64,000 bases of DNA from positions 13,915-77,914 of the forward strand of contig JAQUTW010000002.1 of assembly GCA_028694215.1 (NCBI GenBank). The letters are read 5' to 3'. The notes beneath the pieces were generated by a model. It saw nothing but the letters and a program-made list of their open reading frames with translations. It searched no databases and was not told the origin of the DNA. Source of the stretch: Paludibacteraceae bacterium (GTDB taxonomy: Bacteria > Bacteroidota > Bacteroidia > Bacteroidales > Paludibacteraceae). The translations under genes and the position numbers were made by a program. Positions 48,403-58,472 of this stretch are shown piece after piece; positions within the stretch are counted from its first letter, which is position 1; every line of letters starts with the position of its first letter.

Positions 48403-49005
48403 ATGACTATGAACTTGGATTTTGATAAAATGGGAGGGTTGGTGCCGGCTATCGTTCAAGATGCAAATACCAACAAAGTGCTAATGCTCGGCTTTATGAA
48501 TCAGGAAGCATTAGACAAGACACGAGAACTTGGAAAAGTAACATTCTATAGCAGAACAAAACAACGTCTGTGGACAAAAGGCGAGGAGAGTGGTAACTTT
48601 TTGAATGTAGTGGATATTTTGGCGGATTGCGACAAAGATACACTGCTCATAAAAGTTCATCCGGTTGGACCGGTGTGCCATACAGGGAGCGATACTTGCT
48701 GGGGCGAAGATAATAAAGAAGATATTATGTTCCTAAAATATTTACAAGATTTTATTTGTCGCCGTTACAAAGAAATGCCCGAAAACTCTTATACCACATC
48801 GCTATTTCAGAAAGGAATTAACCGTATGGCACAAAAAGTTGGCGAAGAAGCAGTAGAAACGGTTATAGAAGCAACCAATGGAACGGGCGATCGACTAATT
48901 TATGAAGCTTCAGATTTAATTTATCATTTAATCGTTTTATTGACTTCTAAAGGTTATTGTATAGAAGATTTAGCTCGAGAACTAAAAAGCCGTCATAAAG
49001 GATAA
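48403..49005 (+). CDS. hisIE: Bifunctional phosphoribosyl-AMP cyclohydrolase / phosphoribosyl-ATP pyrophosphatase
   Basis: PAIVQD...MLGFMN...CHTG (HisI), then MAQKVGEEAVE...ASDLIYHL (HisE). Confidence 0.93.
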   Translation: MTMNLDFDKMGGLVPAIVQDANTNKVLMLGFMNQEALDKTRELGKVTFYSRTKQRLWTKGEESGNFLNVVDILADCDKDTLLIKVHPVGPVCHTGSDTCWGEDNKEDIMFLKYLQDFICRRYKEMPENSYTTSLFQKGINRMAQKVGEEAVETVIEATNGTGDRLIYEASDLIYHLIVLLTSKGYCIEDLARELKSRHKG

Positions 49006-49032
49006 GTCGACACTTTCTCTCAATATTTTATG

Positions 49033-49061
49033 ACCAAATTTGTACAAATTTGGTTTTTTTT
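49033..49061 (+). terminator. Rho-independent terminator after hisIE
   Basis: ACCAAATTTGTACAAATTTGGT palindrome followed by T8. Confidence 0.85.
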
Positions 49062-49197
49062 GTACCATATTTTTGCCCCTAAATAGTTATTTTTATACCT
49101 CTATAAGCTAATTGACAACTTTTTGTGCAATCAGCCCCCTTTTTTTTGGTTATGTGCAAAATTGTAAGTTATTTTGCAGAACCAAAATTTAACCAAA

Positions 49198-50856
49198 ATG
49201 AATAAATCAACAATCCATTACTTATCGTACTTGGAACATTCCATCAAAAGCTATTGGAATGAACCGGCCGTAAGCGATTTCGATTCGTCTTATACATTAT
49301 CATATGGCGAATTAGCAGAAAAAATTGCACGCTTACATATTTTATTTCAACAAAGTGGGCTCCAAAAAGGAGACAAAATTGCCATTTGCGGACGCAACTG
49401 TGCTAATTGGGCGGTCAGCTTCTTGGCCGTCAGCACCTATGAAGCTATTGCAGTTTCTATTTTACCGGAATTTCCCACCAAAAGTATTCATGCATTAGTA
49501 AATCATTCCGAAGCAAAACTGCTATTTGCCGGATCTGTAGTTAGTAAAGCAATAAATGCAGAAGAAATGCCAAATCTTATTGGCATTATCTCTATGAATA
49601 ATTTTGAATTACTCAAAGCAAATACCCGGCAAGTGGAAAATGCCTATCAACAATGGGAAAGTGCTTTTAAAGAAAAATACCCCAACGGACTTTCCATTGA
49701 CGAAGTATCTTATCCCAAAGACAACATGGACGACCCTGCTGTAATCAACTACACTTCAGGCACAACCAGCGATCCTAAAGGGGTTATCTTATCATACCGA
49801 AGTCTTAGCTCCAATGTACAATTTGGACAAGATCGTATTCCCAACAAACCAGGATGGAGCATGGTTTCCATGTTACCGTTAGCTCATATGTTTGGGATGA
49901 CATTTGAATTTGTTTATCAATTAGCCGGAGGATGCCATGTGTATTTCTTAAGTAAAACACCATCTCCACAAATTTTGATGAAAGCATTTGCCGATGTACA
50001 TCCTTATATGATACTGACAGTGCCATTAGTCATTGAAAAAATCTTTAAGAAAACCGTATTCCCTGTTATTAATAAACCAATAATTCGCATACTTTGGTAC
50101 ACTCCGTTTATTAAAAATGTAATCCGTAAAAAAGTGTACACCAAACTAATGGATGCTTTTGGCGGCAAGTTATTGCATTTAATTATAGGCGGAGCAGCAC
50201 TAAATCGCCAAGTAGAACGCTGTTTAAAACAAATCAAGTTCCCTTATACCGTAGGATATGGTATGACGGAATGTGGTCCCATTTTAGGATACGAAGATTG
50301 GACACAATTCAAAGCAAAATCATGTGGTAAAGCCGTAGACAGAGTAGTGGTCCGTATTGATTCTGAGCGTCCGACCAAAGATGTTGGAGAAATATTAGTA
50401 CGTGGTGAAAATGTTATGCAGGGATACTATAAAAATCCGGAAGCAACCAAAGCCGTTTTTACTGAAGATGGCTGGATGAAAACAGGTGATTTGGGAATTA
50501 TAGACTCAGAAGGAAATATTTTTATCAGAGGACGCAATAAAAGTATGATTTTAGGCGCATCAGGACAAAATATCTATCCCGAAGAAATAGAAGATAAACT
50601 CAATACTTTGCCTTTTGTTTTAGAATCAGTAGTGGTAGAACGCAAAGGTAAATTGGTAGCATTAGTATATCCTGATAATGACACATTTACCAAAGAAAAC
50701 GTGCGTTTTAAAGATATTAAAGAACAAATGCAACACAATATAATACGTTTAAATCGTATTTTGCCACCATTCTGCCGCGTTACTGAAATTGAATTGGTAG
50801 ATAAAGAGTTTGAAAAAACGCCGAAACGCAGTATTAAACGCTTTATGTATTCATAA
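49198..50856 (+). CDS. Long-chain-fatty-acid-CoA ligase / AMP-binding enzyme
   Basis: INYTSGTTSDPKGV, GYGMTE and TGDLG motifs. I use the ATG at 49198 because the track start is TTG. Confidence 0.88.
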   Translation: MNKSTIHYLSYLEHSIKSYWNEPAVSDFDSSYTLSYGELAEKIARLHILFQQSGLQKGDKIAICGRNCANWAVSFLAVSTYEAIAVSILPEFPTKSIHALVNHSEAKLLFAGSVVSKAINAEEMPNLIGIISMNNFELLKANTRQVENAYQQWESAFKEKYPNGLSIDEVSYPKDNMDDPAVINYTSGTTSDPKGVILSYRSLSSNVQFGQDRIPNKPGWSMVSMLPLAHMFGMTFEFVYQLAGGCHVYFLSKTPSPQILMKAFADVHPYMILTVPLVIEKIFKKTVFPVINKPIIRILWYTPFIKNVIRKKVYTKLMDAFGGKLLHLIIGGAALNRQVERCLKQIKFPYTVGYGMTECGPILGYEDWTQFKAKSCGKAVDRVVVRIDSERPTKDVGEILVRGENVMQGYYKNPEATKAVFTEDGWMKTGDLGIIDSEGNIFIRGRNKSMILGASGQNIYPEEIEDKLNTLPFVLESVVVERKGKLVALVYPDNDTFTKENVRFKDIKEQMQHNIIRLNRILPPFCRVTEIELVDKEFEKTPKRSIKRFMYS

Positions 50857-50882
50857 ACACAGATTAAAACGATATACATTAA

Positions 50883-50923
50883 AATAATAAACGCGGACTT
50901 TTTAGTCTGCGTTTATTATTTTT
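50883..50923. terminator. Bidirectional terminator
   Basis: 16-bp stem AATAATAAACGCGGAC/GTCTGCGTTTATTATT (one G.T pair) flanked by A and T runs. Confidence 0.85.
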
Positions 50924-50952
50924 AAATGAACAGAGTAGAGTAGAAGAATTGA

Positions 50953-51336
50953 TTATTTCTTTTCCTTAACTGCTAAAATTTCGTCAACTACAAATTCACT
51001 CACTCCTCGCCAAGGTAATGGTGCCAAATACTCTGTATAATGCAATTCCACTTCTTTGCCACTACAACGCATTAACGAATCGGCCACAGCCTTATCATCC
51101 ACAGAAAATTTAAATTCATACGATTGGATAGTACCAGCTGTTTGACCTTTAAAACCGCTCTGAATCAACTTTCCTTCATAAGTTTTAAAAACATATCCTT
51201 TATAAACAAGATAGTTAAGTTCTCCGGCTTTTACACCTTCACCAAACACAAAATAAAAACGAAAATAAAAGAAAGCGACTAATACTAACACTACAATTGT
51301 AGATGTAATCGTAATAACTTTAGCTTTGGTTGTCAT
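50953..51336 (-). CDS. Hypothetical membrane-anchored protein
   Basis: One N-terminal TM helix. I recognise no motif. Confidence 0.5.
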   Translation of the reverse strand: MTTKAKVITITSTIVVLVLVAFFYFRFYFVFGEGVKAGELNYLVYKGYVFKTYEGKLIQSGFKGQTAGTIQSYEFKFSVDDKAVADSLMRCSGKEVELHYTEYLAPLPWRGVSEFVVDEILAVKEKK

Positions 51337-51454
51337 GATTCTAAAAATTAAAAATGTGTTTAAAATTAATTTTCAAAGATAGTACCTTTCATTCATTTTT
51401 TTACTATTTTTACAAAAAAATCCTACAACATTTTTTTAGAAAAAACAAATTATT

Positions 51455-52510
51455 ATGAAATCAGATTTAGTAACTATTGCAATTCTTTCAATAGCAGAAT
51501 CAAATAAATTAAGGCAACAATTGACAAAAGCCGATGAATTCTTACAATTTATAGATTTAAATGACTCCTTGCAAAGAGTATGCGTCCAAGAACAACATGT
51601 ACTAAAAGTTATAAAATTAATGAATACTTGGAACAAACGGAAAACAATAGAGAATGCATCCAATTCCAACACATTGCTTATTCCTATTGATTTTTCAAGT
51701 TATTCCTTCAAAACATGTGAAGTCGGATTTCGTTTAGCCCAACAATTAGATGCCACTATTACATTATTATACACATACTGTTCTCCAAGTCTTTCATTTA
51801 CAGTTCATTCCGATGATGAAATAGCAGAAATACTGATACAGTCCGGTAAAGATATTGATAAATTAACGACTGAAATATACAGTAAAATCAAGCAGAATGA
51901 ACTTCCTAACATTCAGTTTTCATATAATATACAAGAAGGTCTTCCCGAAGAAGTTATCATTGATATGGCTGCTAAAATACATCCATCATTGGTTATTATG
52001 GGAACACGGGGACAAAGTCAGAAAGAGTATGATTTAATTGGTAGTGTTACAGCAGAAGTTATTGAACATTGTAGTGTGCCTGTTTTAGCTATTCCTGAAT
52101 CAATATTTGCAGAAACAACTTCTTTAAAAAATGTTTTATTTGCTACCAATTTTGATGATAGAACTTTGATATCATTTACAAACATGATGAATTTAATAGG
52201 TAAACTGGATTTTAAATTGTTTTTTGCGCATTTTGCATCACAAAAAGATGCGTGGAATGAAATTAAACTTTCAGGAATAAAACACTATTTTGCAAAAAAT
52301 TATCCTAATATAGAAACTGATTATTCAATTATCTCAGATAAATCTGGAGATATACTTCTTGGTTTTGATAAGTTCGTTAAAGAACACAAAATCAGCCTCA
52401 TCATTTTAAATACACACAAACGAAATTTGTTTGCACAGTTGTTTAATCCTAGTATTGCACGCAAAATGGTATTTCACGCTCAAACTCCAATATTAGTATT
52501 TCATACATGA
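51455..52510 (+). CDS. Tandem universal stress protein (UspA) domain protein
   Basis: Two Usp-like halves (LLIPIDFS..., VIMGTRGQS, VLFATNFD...). The first roughly 70 aa are unrecognised, so the true start may be internal (for example M56). Confidence 0.7.
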   Translation: MKSDLVTIAILSIAESNKLRQQLTKADEFLQFIDLNDSLQRVCVQEQHVLKVIKLMNTWNKRKTIENASNSNTLLIPIDFSSYSFKTCEVGFRLAQQLDATITLLYTYCSPSLSFTVHSDDEIAEILIQSGKDIDKLTTEIYSKIKQNELPNIQFSYNIQEGLPEEVIIDMAAKIHPSLVIMGTRGQSQKEYDLIGSVTAEVIEHCSVPVLAIPESIFAETTSLKNVLFATNFDDRTLISFTNMMNLIGKLDFKLFFAHFASQKDAWNEIKLSGIKHYFAKNYPNIETDYSIISDKSGDILLGFDKFVKEHKISLIILNTHKRNLFAQLFNPSIARKMVFHAQTPILVFHT

Positions 52511-52586
52511 TATTTTGACGCCATTACCTTTTTTCCGATAATTTACATTATGTTAAATAGATTATTCGGAACAACATCTCTTCTAT

Positions 52587-52622
52587 AAAAAAATCCCAAC
52601 ATAAAATTGTTGGGATTTTTTT
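52587..52622. terminator. Bidirectional terminator
   Basis: 14-bp stem AAAAAAATCCCAAC/GTTGGGATTTTTTT. Confidence 0.85.
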
Positions 52623-52638
52623 ATAGAATGTCTCTGCT

Positions 52639-53865
52639 TTATAACTCATTAATCAGTTCTGTTATTTTATCATATTTCTCCATGTCTTTAAATCTGTAGT
52701 ATAACCCACGGAGCATTTTGAGATTATCCCGATCTTTCGGATCTAATTGTACTGCTTTTTCAAATAATGGCAATGCTTCTTTAAAAGCCTCATTTGCCTT
52801 CTTTTTTTCTATTTCATACACTTTAGAATCTTTAACATTAGCCGCACGTTCCTCCATTTTCATAGCATTTTTCATCAATATGGCTCCTTTTCTTCCCCAT
52901 GCAGAAGCCATATCCGGTTTTAATGAAATAGCCTTGTCAAAATACTTAATAGCTTCACCTGCCTTATCCATCACTTCCATCACACTGCCTTTAACATAAT
53001 AATATTCTGCATTATTTGGATTTTTTTCAATGGCTTTATCTAAATATTCCAAACCTTCTTCTTGCTGATTATTAAATATCAAGTAATTAATTAATGTTCC
53101 TAAGAAAAATGGTTCGTTGGGATAATTAGCATGTCCATCTTTTAAAATGCGGACAAAATTAGCGGTATCTTTCTCTTGAGCATAAATATCGTACAGATAT
53201 TGATAAATTTTATTACCTTCAAATCCCTTATCTTTGATTTCTTCGTAAATGACAGCTGCTTTCTTATTGTCTTCCAATATGTTGGCACAAACAGCTGTAT
53301 AATATCTAATTTGGTAATAAACAGAATCTTTAATAATCGGTTCTGTTGATTTTATCATCTCTAAATCAGGAATTGCAGTATGTGTTTCAAAAGCATCAAT
53401 AGCACGTTGATAATTTTTTTCACCATACACGTATACTCCATAATTAAAGAATGTTGCATTCATGTAATAATCACGTATAGTAGCAGCAATTCTTTTGGCA
53501 TATTTAGGTTTAATTTTTCCTTTTTCATTAGGAAGAAAATCCTTTTCGTACGCAGGCAAATAATAGGAATAAGATTTTAAAGCTGCTTCTCCTTGTTTCA
53601 CAACATCAGGTTGTTGACCTATCAATTGTTTATTGGTTTCCGCTTCTGCTATTTTCTCATACACTAAACCTGCTACATACCATGTCTCGGCTAAATCTTT
53701 GGTTGTCGAATCTTGTAATGCTGCATTGATAGCTTCTTTTGCTCCTTCAAAATCAGGAGTCTCTGCTAATGCTCTGTTTTTTGCCTTAGATACATTTGAT
53801 TTTTGAGCATTGCCCACTGCAAATAAACAACAAGTGATTGCTACAGTTAAAAATACACGTTTCAT
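52639..53865 (-). CDS. Secreted tetratricopeptide-repeat protein
   Basis: Signal peptide followed by multiple TPR-like A..Y/F...A.....P repeats. Confidence 0.75.
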   Translation of the reverse strand: MKRVFLTVAITCCLFAVGNAQKSNVSKAKNRALAETPDFEGAKEAINAALQDSTTKDLAETWYVAGLVYEKIAEAETNKQLIGQQPDVVKQGEAALKSYSYYLPAYEKDFLPNEKGKIKPKYAKRIAATIRDYYMNATFFNYGVYVYGEKNYQRAIDAFETHTAIPDLEMIKSTEPIIKDSVYYQIRYYTAVCANILEDNKKAAVIYEEIKDKGFEGNKIYQYLYDIYAQEKDTANFVRILKDGHANYPNEPFFLGTLINYLIFNNQQEEGLEYLDKAIEKNPNNAEYYYVKGSVMEVMDKAGEAIKYFDKAISLKPDMASAWGRKGAILMKNAMKMEERAANVKDSKVYEIEKKKANEAFKEALPLFEKAVQLDPKDRDNLKMLRGLYYRFKDMEKYDKITELINEL

Positions 53866-53918
53866 AATTTTTTTTGTTTTATAAAATGTTACATTAATTT
53901 GTTTTTAAAGTATGATGA

Positions 53919-56420
53919 TTATTCGGTTACTTGTGTTGCATTATCATCATCTGATAATTCTTCAACGATATTGTCTTCATGTGTTACTTTGCATACAGAC
54001 GCTATTTCATCGTTACGTTTTTCCAGATTAATTAATCTGACACCCTGTGTCGCTCTGCCCATTACACGTAAACTTTCTACAGCAAGACGAATAACAATAC
54101 CGGATTTATTGATAATCATAAGATCATTATCGTCAGAAACATTTTTGATGGTAACTAATTTTCCTGTCTTGTCCGTAATATTAATAGTCTTTACTCCTTT
54201 TCCACCACGGTTTGTGATACGATAATCATTTAAGTCGGAACGTTTCCCATATCCTAACTCTGAAACTACAAGAATATTCTCTGTAGTTTCAGAACCTACA
54301 CAAATCATGCCAACTACTTCATCTTGGTCTCCATCTAACATCATACCACGAACTCCGGTTGCAGTTCTTCCCATTTGTCTGACTTTTGATTCATTAAAAC
54401 GAATAGCCCGTCCATTTTTATTGGCAATAATAACCTCGTCATTACCATTAGTCAATCGTACCTGTATTACCTGATCATCTTCGCGTATGGTGATAGCATT
54501 CACTCCATTTTGACGTGGACGTGAATAAGCATCCAGCAATGTTTTTTTCACAACTCCGCTTTTGGTACAAAACATTAAATAATGGGAGTTGTTGAATTCG
54601 GCATCTTGCAAATTTTTAACACGAATAAAAGCATTTACTTTATCGTCGGAGCTGATATTCAAAAGATTTTGAATTGCTCGTCCTTTGCTTGTCTTATTAC
54701 CTTCAGGTATTTCATATACTTTGAGCCAATAGCAGCGTCCTTTTTTGGTAAAGAACATCATAGTATTGTGCATTGAAGCAGGATAAATGTATTCAATAAA
54801 ATCTTCGTCGCGCGAAGAGCTACCTTTTGAGCCAACACCACCCCTATTCTGTGCTTTAAATTCTGATAATGGCGTACGTTTGATATATCCTAAATGAGAA
54901 ATGGTGAGAATCATTTCTTCATCTGCATAAAAATCTTCAGGATTAAAATCTTCTGAAGCATACACAATTTCAGAACGACGTGCATCTCCATATTTTTCTT
55001 TTACTTCTATCAACTCTTGTTTGATTATATCCATACGAAGTTCCACATGTGCCAAAATTTCTTCCAACTCTTCAATACGTTTCAATAAGGCATCATATTC
55101 AGCACGCAGTTTATCCTGTTCCATGCCGGTTAATTGTCGCAATTTCATTTCGACAATATAAGCAGCCTGCCTGTCAGACAATTTGAAGCGTTCTATCAAA
55201 CGTTGCTGCGCTTCAGCCGGAGTTTTAGAATTGCGTATGATAGCGATTGCTTCATCTAAATTATTCAATATTATCATACAGCCTTCCAACAATTCGGCAC
55301 GTTCTTTGGCTTTTGCCAACTCAAATTGTGTACGGCGAGTTACCACTTCATGACGATGTTCTACAAAATAATGAATTAAGTCTTTTAAATTTAACAAGCG
55401 GGGGCGTCCATGCACCAAAGCAATATTGTTGATGCTGAATGAGGACTGTAAAGCGGTATTTTTAAATAATTTATTCAGAACCACATTCGCATTGGCATCA
55501 CGTTTAATGTCTACCACAATACGCATTCCTTCACGGTCTGATTCATCATTGATATTGGAAATTCCTTCTAAGCGTTTATCAATAACCATTTCACCAATAG
55601 TTTTTATCAATTCCGCTTTATTTACCATATATGGAATTTCATTCACAATAATTTTTTCACGTCCATGTTCATCTGTTTCTATTTCAGCTTTAGAACGAAT
55701 CACTATCCGCCCACGCCCTGTTTCATAAGCTTCTTTTACACCGGAATATCCATAAATAATGCCACCTGTAGGGAAATCCGGAGCTTTTATATATTTCATC
55801 AATTCATCTATTGTAATGTCATTATTACCAATATAAGCGATAATGCCATCAACTACTTCAGGGAGATTATGTGTAGCCATATTGGTAGCCATACCTACGG
55901 CGATACCGGCAGCTCCATTGACTAATAAATTAGGAATCTTTGTTGGCAAAACGGTTGGTTCGTCCAAAGTTTCATCAAAGTTCTTTTGAAAATCGATTGT
56001 GTCTTTATCTATATCCTTTAATATATCTTCTGCTATTTTTTGCAAACGAGCCTCCGTATAACGCATAGCTGCAGGACTGTCACCATCTACGGAACCGAAG
56101 TTTCCATGACCATCTACCAAAGGATAGCGCAATGACCATTCTTGCGCCAAACGCACAAGCGTTCCATATATTGAGGAATCTCCATGTGGGTGATACTTAC
56201 CCATTACTTCACCGACAATACGAGCTGATTTTTTATAAGGTTTGTCGGATGTATTTCCTAATTCATTCATTCCAAAAAGGACTCTTCGCTGCACTGGTTT
56301 AAAGCCGTCCCGAACGTCGGGTAATGCACGTGAAACAATGACAGACATTGAATAATCAATGTATGCCGTTTTCATTTCTTCTTCGATATTAATTCGAATA
56401 ATTTTTTCTTGATCAAGCAT
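53919..56420 (-). CDS. gyrA: DNA gyrase subunit A
   Basis: ALPDVRDGFKPVQRR, AAMRYTE with the catalytic Tyr, and a C-terminal beta-pinwheel. Confidence 0.98.
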   Translation of the reverse strand: MLDQEKIIRINIEEEMKTAYIDYSMSVIVSRALPDVRDGFKPVQRRVLFGMNELGNTSDKPYKKSARIVGEVMGKYHPHGDSSIYGTLVRLAQEWSLRYPLVDGHGNFGSVDGDSPAAMRYTEARLQKIAEDILKDIDKDTIDFQKNFDETLDEPTVLPTKIPNLLVNGAAGIAVGMATNMATHNLPEVVDGIIAYIGNNDITIDELMKYIKAPDFPTGGIIYGYSGVKEAYETGRGRIVIRSKAEIETDEHGREKIIVNEIPYMVNKAELIKTIGEMVIDKRLEGISNINDESDREGMRIVVDIKRDANANVVLNKLFKNTALQSSFSINNIALVHGRPRLLNLKDLIHYFVEHRHEVVTRRTQFELAKAKERAELLEGCMIILNNLDEAIAIIRNSKTPAEAQQRLIERFKLSDRQAAYIVEMKLRQLTGMEQDKLRAEYDALLKRIEELEEILAHVELRMDIIKQELIEVKEKYGDARRSEIVYASEDFNPEDFYADEEMILTISHLGYIKRTPLSEFKAQNRGGVGSKGSSSRDEDFIEYIYPASMHNTMMFFTKKGRCYWLKVYEIPEGNKTSKGRAIQNLLNISSDDKVNAFIRVKNLQDAEFNNSHYLMFCTKSGVVKKTLLDAYSRPRQNGVNAITIREDDQVIQVRLTNGNDEVIIANKNGRAIRFNESKVRQMGRTATGVRGMMLDGDQDEVVGMICVGSETTENILVVSELGYGKRSDLNDYRITNRGGKGVKTINITDKTGKLVTIKNVSDDNDLMIINKSGIVIRLAVESLRVMGRATQGVRLINLEKRNDEIASVCKVTHEDNIVEELSDDDNATQVTE

Positions 56421-56631
56421 TTACATTAGTTTTTTTCGTTAATCTAAAATCGCATAAAATTACAACAATTTGTCGTATTTACCAACTTTTTTGACCACAA
56501 AAAAAAATGGAGTTTTCAACAAAATTATTTATAAGCAGCCCTATACTTCACACCTTGTTGTGTGTGTTGATAATATTGAAATATCCCGAGTTTGGATATG
56601 TTATGTGTATATCGTGCAGATATAATTCCTA

Positions 56632-57057
56632 TCAATGAATTTCTTCGTAAGTTTTATCCGAGAAAAAGACAACTACACGCTCTATTTTCCGTTGCGAAGA
56701 TGTTTTTGGTTGTTCTTCTTCATGTCTTTTTGTTATTTCGCTAATTACATCTGTTGGATGTACATTTGTTTTTTCATTATAATTGACTGATAAACTGTCA
56801 GTTTCTATAATATTTGAAAACAAATTGGGTTCTTGTGGCACTTTTTTTTGACGAAACATATCCCCTTGTCCTAAAATAAGCCAATCTGGATTAACTTCCG
56901 GATAATGTTGCAATATTTTTTGTACCATATCCATACTTGGTTTATTTCTTCCACTTACAATATGCGACATAGATGAACGTGTAATTCCAATTGTGTCAGC
57001 AAATTTTGTGGCCGATACATTTTTCTGTTCTAAAAATCTCAATATTCTATCTTTCAT
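56632..57057 (-). CDS. XRE/Cro-type helix-turn-helix transcriptional regulator
   Basis: N-terminal FLEQKNVSATKFADTIGITRSSMSHIVSGRNKPS is a HTH_3-type motif. Confidence 0.8.
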   Translation of the reverse strand: MKDRILRFLEQKNVSATKFADTIGITRSSMSHIVSGRNKPSMDMVQKILQHYPEVNPDWLILGQGDMFRQKKVPQEPNLFSNIIETDSLSVNYNEKTNVHPTDVISEITKRHEEEQPKTSSQRKIERVVVFFSDKTYEEIH

Positions 57058-57074
57058 AGTGGTTTATAAATTTC

Positions 57075-57086
57075 TTACAAATGTAA
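57075..57086. promoter_or_regulatory. TTACAAATGTAA inverted-repeat box 1 (contains minus-strand TACATTTG -7 motif)
   Basis: 18 nt upstream of the HTH gene ATG. Confidence 0.5.
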
Positions 57087-57120
57087 ATAAATATCTTTAC
57101 ATGTGCAATATGTATTTAAT

Positions 57121-57132
57121 TTACAAATGTAA
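57121..57132. promoter_or_regulatory. TTACAAATGTAA inverted-repeat box 2
   Basis: Identical 12-mer, 46 bp from box 1. Confidence 0.5.
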
Positions 57133-57447
57133 TAAAACAATATCACTGTTTGTTTTATAAGAAAAACAATAATATATAAAATAATGATAATCAACGTATT
57201 ATATATAAAGTATTTATTTAACTTATATATTATAATATACTTATTATTAGAATAATAATGATACAAAATAATATTTTTAACATAATTTTTAACATTCCAG
57301 AATGTGAAGATTATAAATGTTCAAATAAAAAATCAAATTATTTATATAAATAGTTGATTTACACAATTTTATAGTATAGAATAAATTAAAGTTAATTGAA
57401 AAATCACAATGGTTACTTTTGTAAAATAATGCCGCTTATTTATTATT

Positions 57448-57459
57448 TTACAATTGTAA
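57448..57459. promoter_or_regulatory. TTACAATTGTAA perfect palindrome box 3
   Basis: Same TTACA/TGTAA half-sites as boxes 1 and 2. Confidence 0.45.
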
Positions 57460-57483
57460 ATTATTTAATATGATACACAATAT

Positions 57484-57495
57484 TTACAATTGTAA
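57484..57495. promoter_or_regulatory. TTACAATTGTAA perfect palindrome box 4
   Basis: Identical to box 3, 36 bp away. Confidence 0.45.
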
Positions 57496-57612
57496 CTTAC
57501 CCTACTCGATACTTTTGTGACTAAGTTTTCTCAAAAAAGGCAGATGTCCTTATTTTTCAATATTTCCATCATTCCTATTACTTTGAAGAAAATATTCAAA
57601 TCTCATCAAGGT

Positions 57613-57648
57613 AAAAAAACGCCTGCTCTCTTTCGAGAACAGGCGTTT
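57613..57648 (-). terminator. Rho-independent terminator of the zinc-ribbon gene operon
   Basis: The minus strand reads CGCCTGTTCTC-GAAA-GAGAGCAGGCG (one mismatch) followed by T7. Confidence 0.8.
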
Positions 57649-57674
57649 CGCCGATAATTTATTTAGATTAAATA

Positions 57675-58448
57675 CTAATCTTCTGTAGCATTAGTTAAAT
57701 CTTTATCAACCAAGATACGTCCACAATATTCACATACTATAATTTTTTTACGTAATCTAATATCTAATTGTCTTTGTGGCGGTATTTTATTGAAGCAACC
57801 TCCACAAGCATCACGTTCTACAGTAACAACCGCCAAACCATTGCGTGCATTTTTACGAATACGTTTAAATGCAGTCAATAAACGTGGTTCTATCATTTTT
57901 TCTATTTCTTTACTCTCTTCACGTAAACGATCTTCTTCTTGTCTGGTTTCTGCTATAATTTCATCTAATTCGTTTTTCTTTTGTTCCAAATCCAATTGAC
58001 GATTTTTTAAACGGTTGGTAGCTTCTTCCAATTCTTCACTTTTCGTTTTTTGATCAGCTGAATATTCATGAATACGTTTTTCGCAAAGTTCTATTTCCAA
58101 TGTTTGGAATTCTATTTCTTTAGAAAGTAAGTCGTATTCACGATTGTTACGAACATTATTTTGCTGTTCTGTACTTTTTGCAATTTTAGTTTTGGCCTCT
58201 TCTATCTCAACTTTTTTCTGTGCGAGTGTTTTACCCAATTCTTCCAAATCAGTATTATTTTTGTCGATACGGGTTTGTAAACCAACGATTTCGTCCTCTA
58301 AATCCTGAACTTCTAACGGAAGTTCGCCACGAAGAGTTTTAATTTTGTCAATGTCTGATGCGACTTTTTGTAAGTTATAGAGGGCTTTCAGACGTTCTTC
58401 TACAGAAATGTCCTTTACCTCAGAAATTTTTGTTTTTGCAGTAGCCAT
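57675..58448 (-). CDS. Coiled-coil protein with C-terminal C4 zinc ribbon (COG1579-like)
   Basis: Long heptad-rich region, then CGGCFNKIP...CEYCGRIL. Confidence 0.8.
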   Translation of the reverse strand: MATAKTKISEVKDISVEERLKALYNLQKVASDIDKIKTLRGELPLEVQDLEDEIVGLQTRIDKNNTDLEELGKTLAQKKVEIEEAKTKIAKSTEQQNNVRNNREYDLLSKEIEFQTLEIELCEKRIHEYSADQKTKSEELEEATNRLKNRQLDLEQKKNELDEIIAETRQEEDRLREESKEIEKMIEPRLLTAFKRIRKNARNGLAVVTVERDACGGCFNKIPPQRQLDIRLRKKIIVCEYCGRILVDKDLTNATED

Positions 58449-58472
58449 ATTTTATTAAATTAATGAATACAA

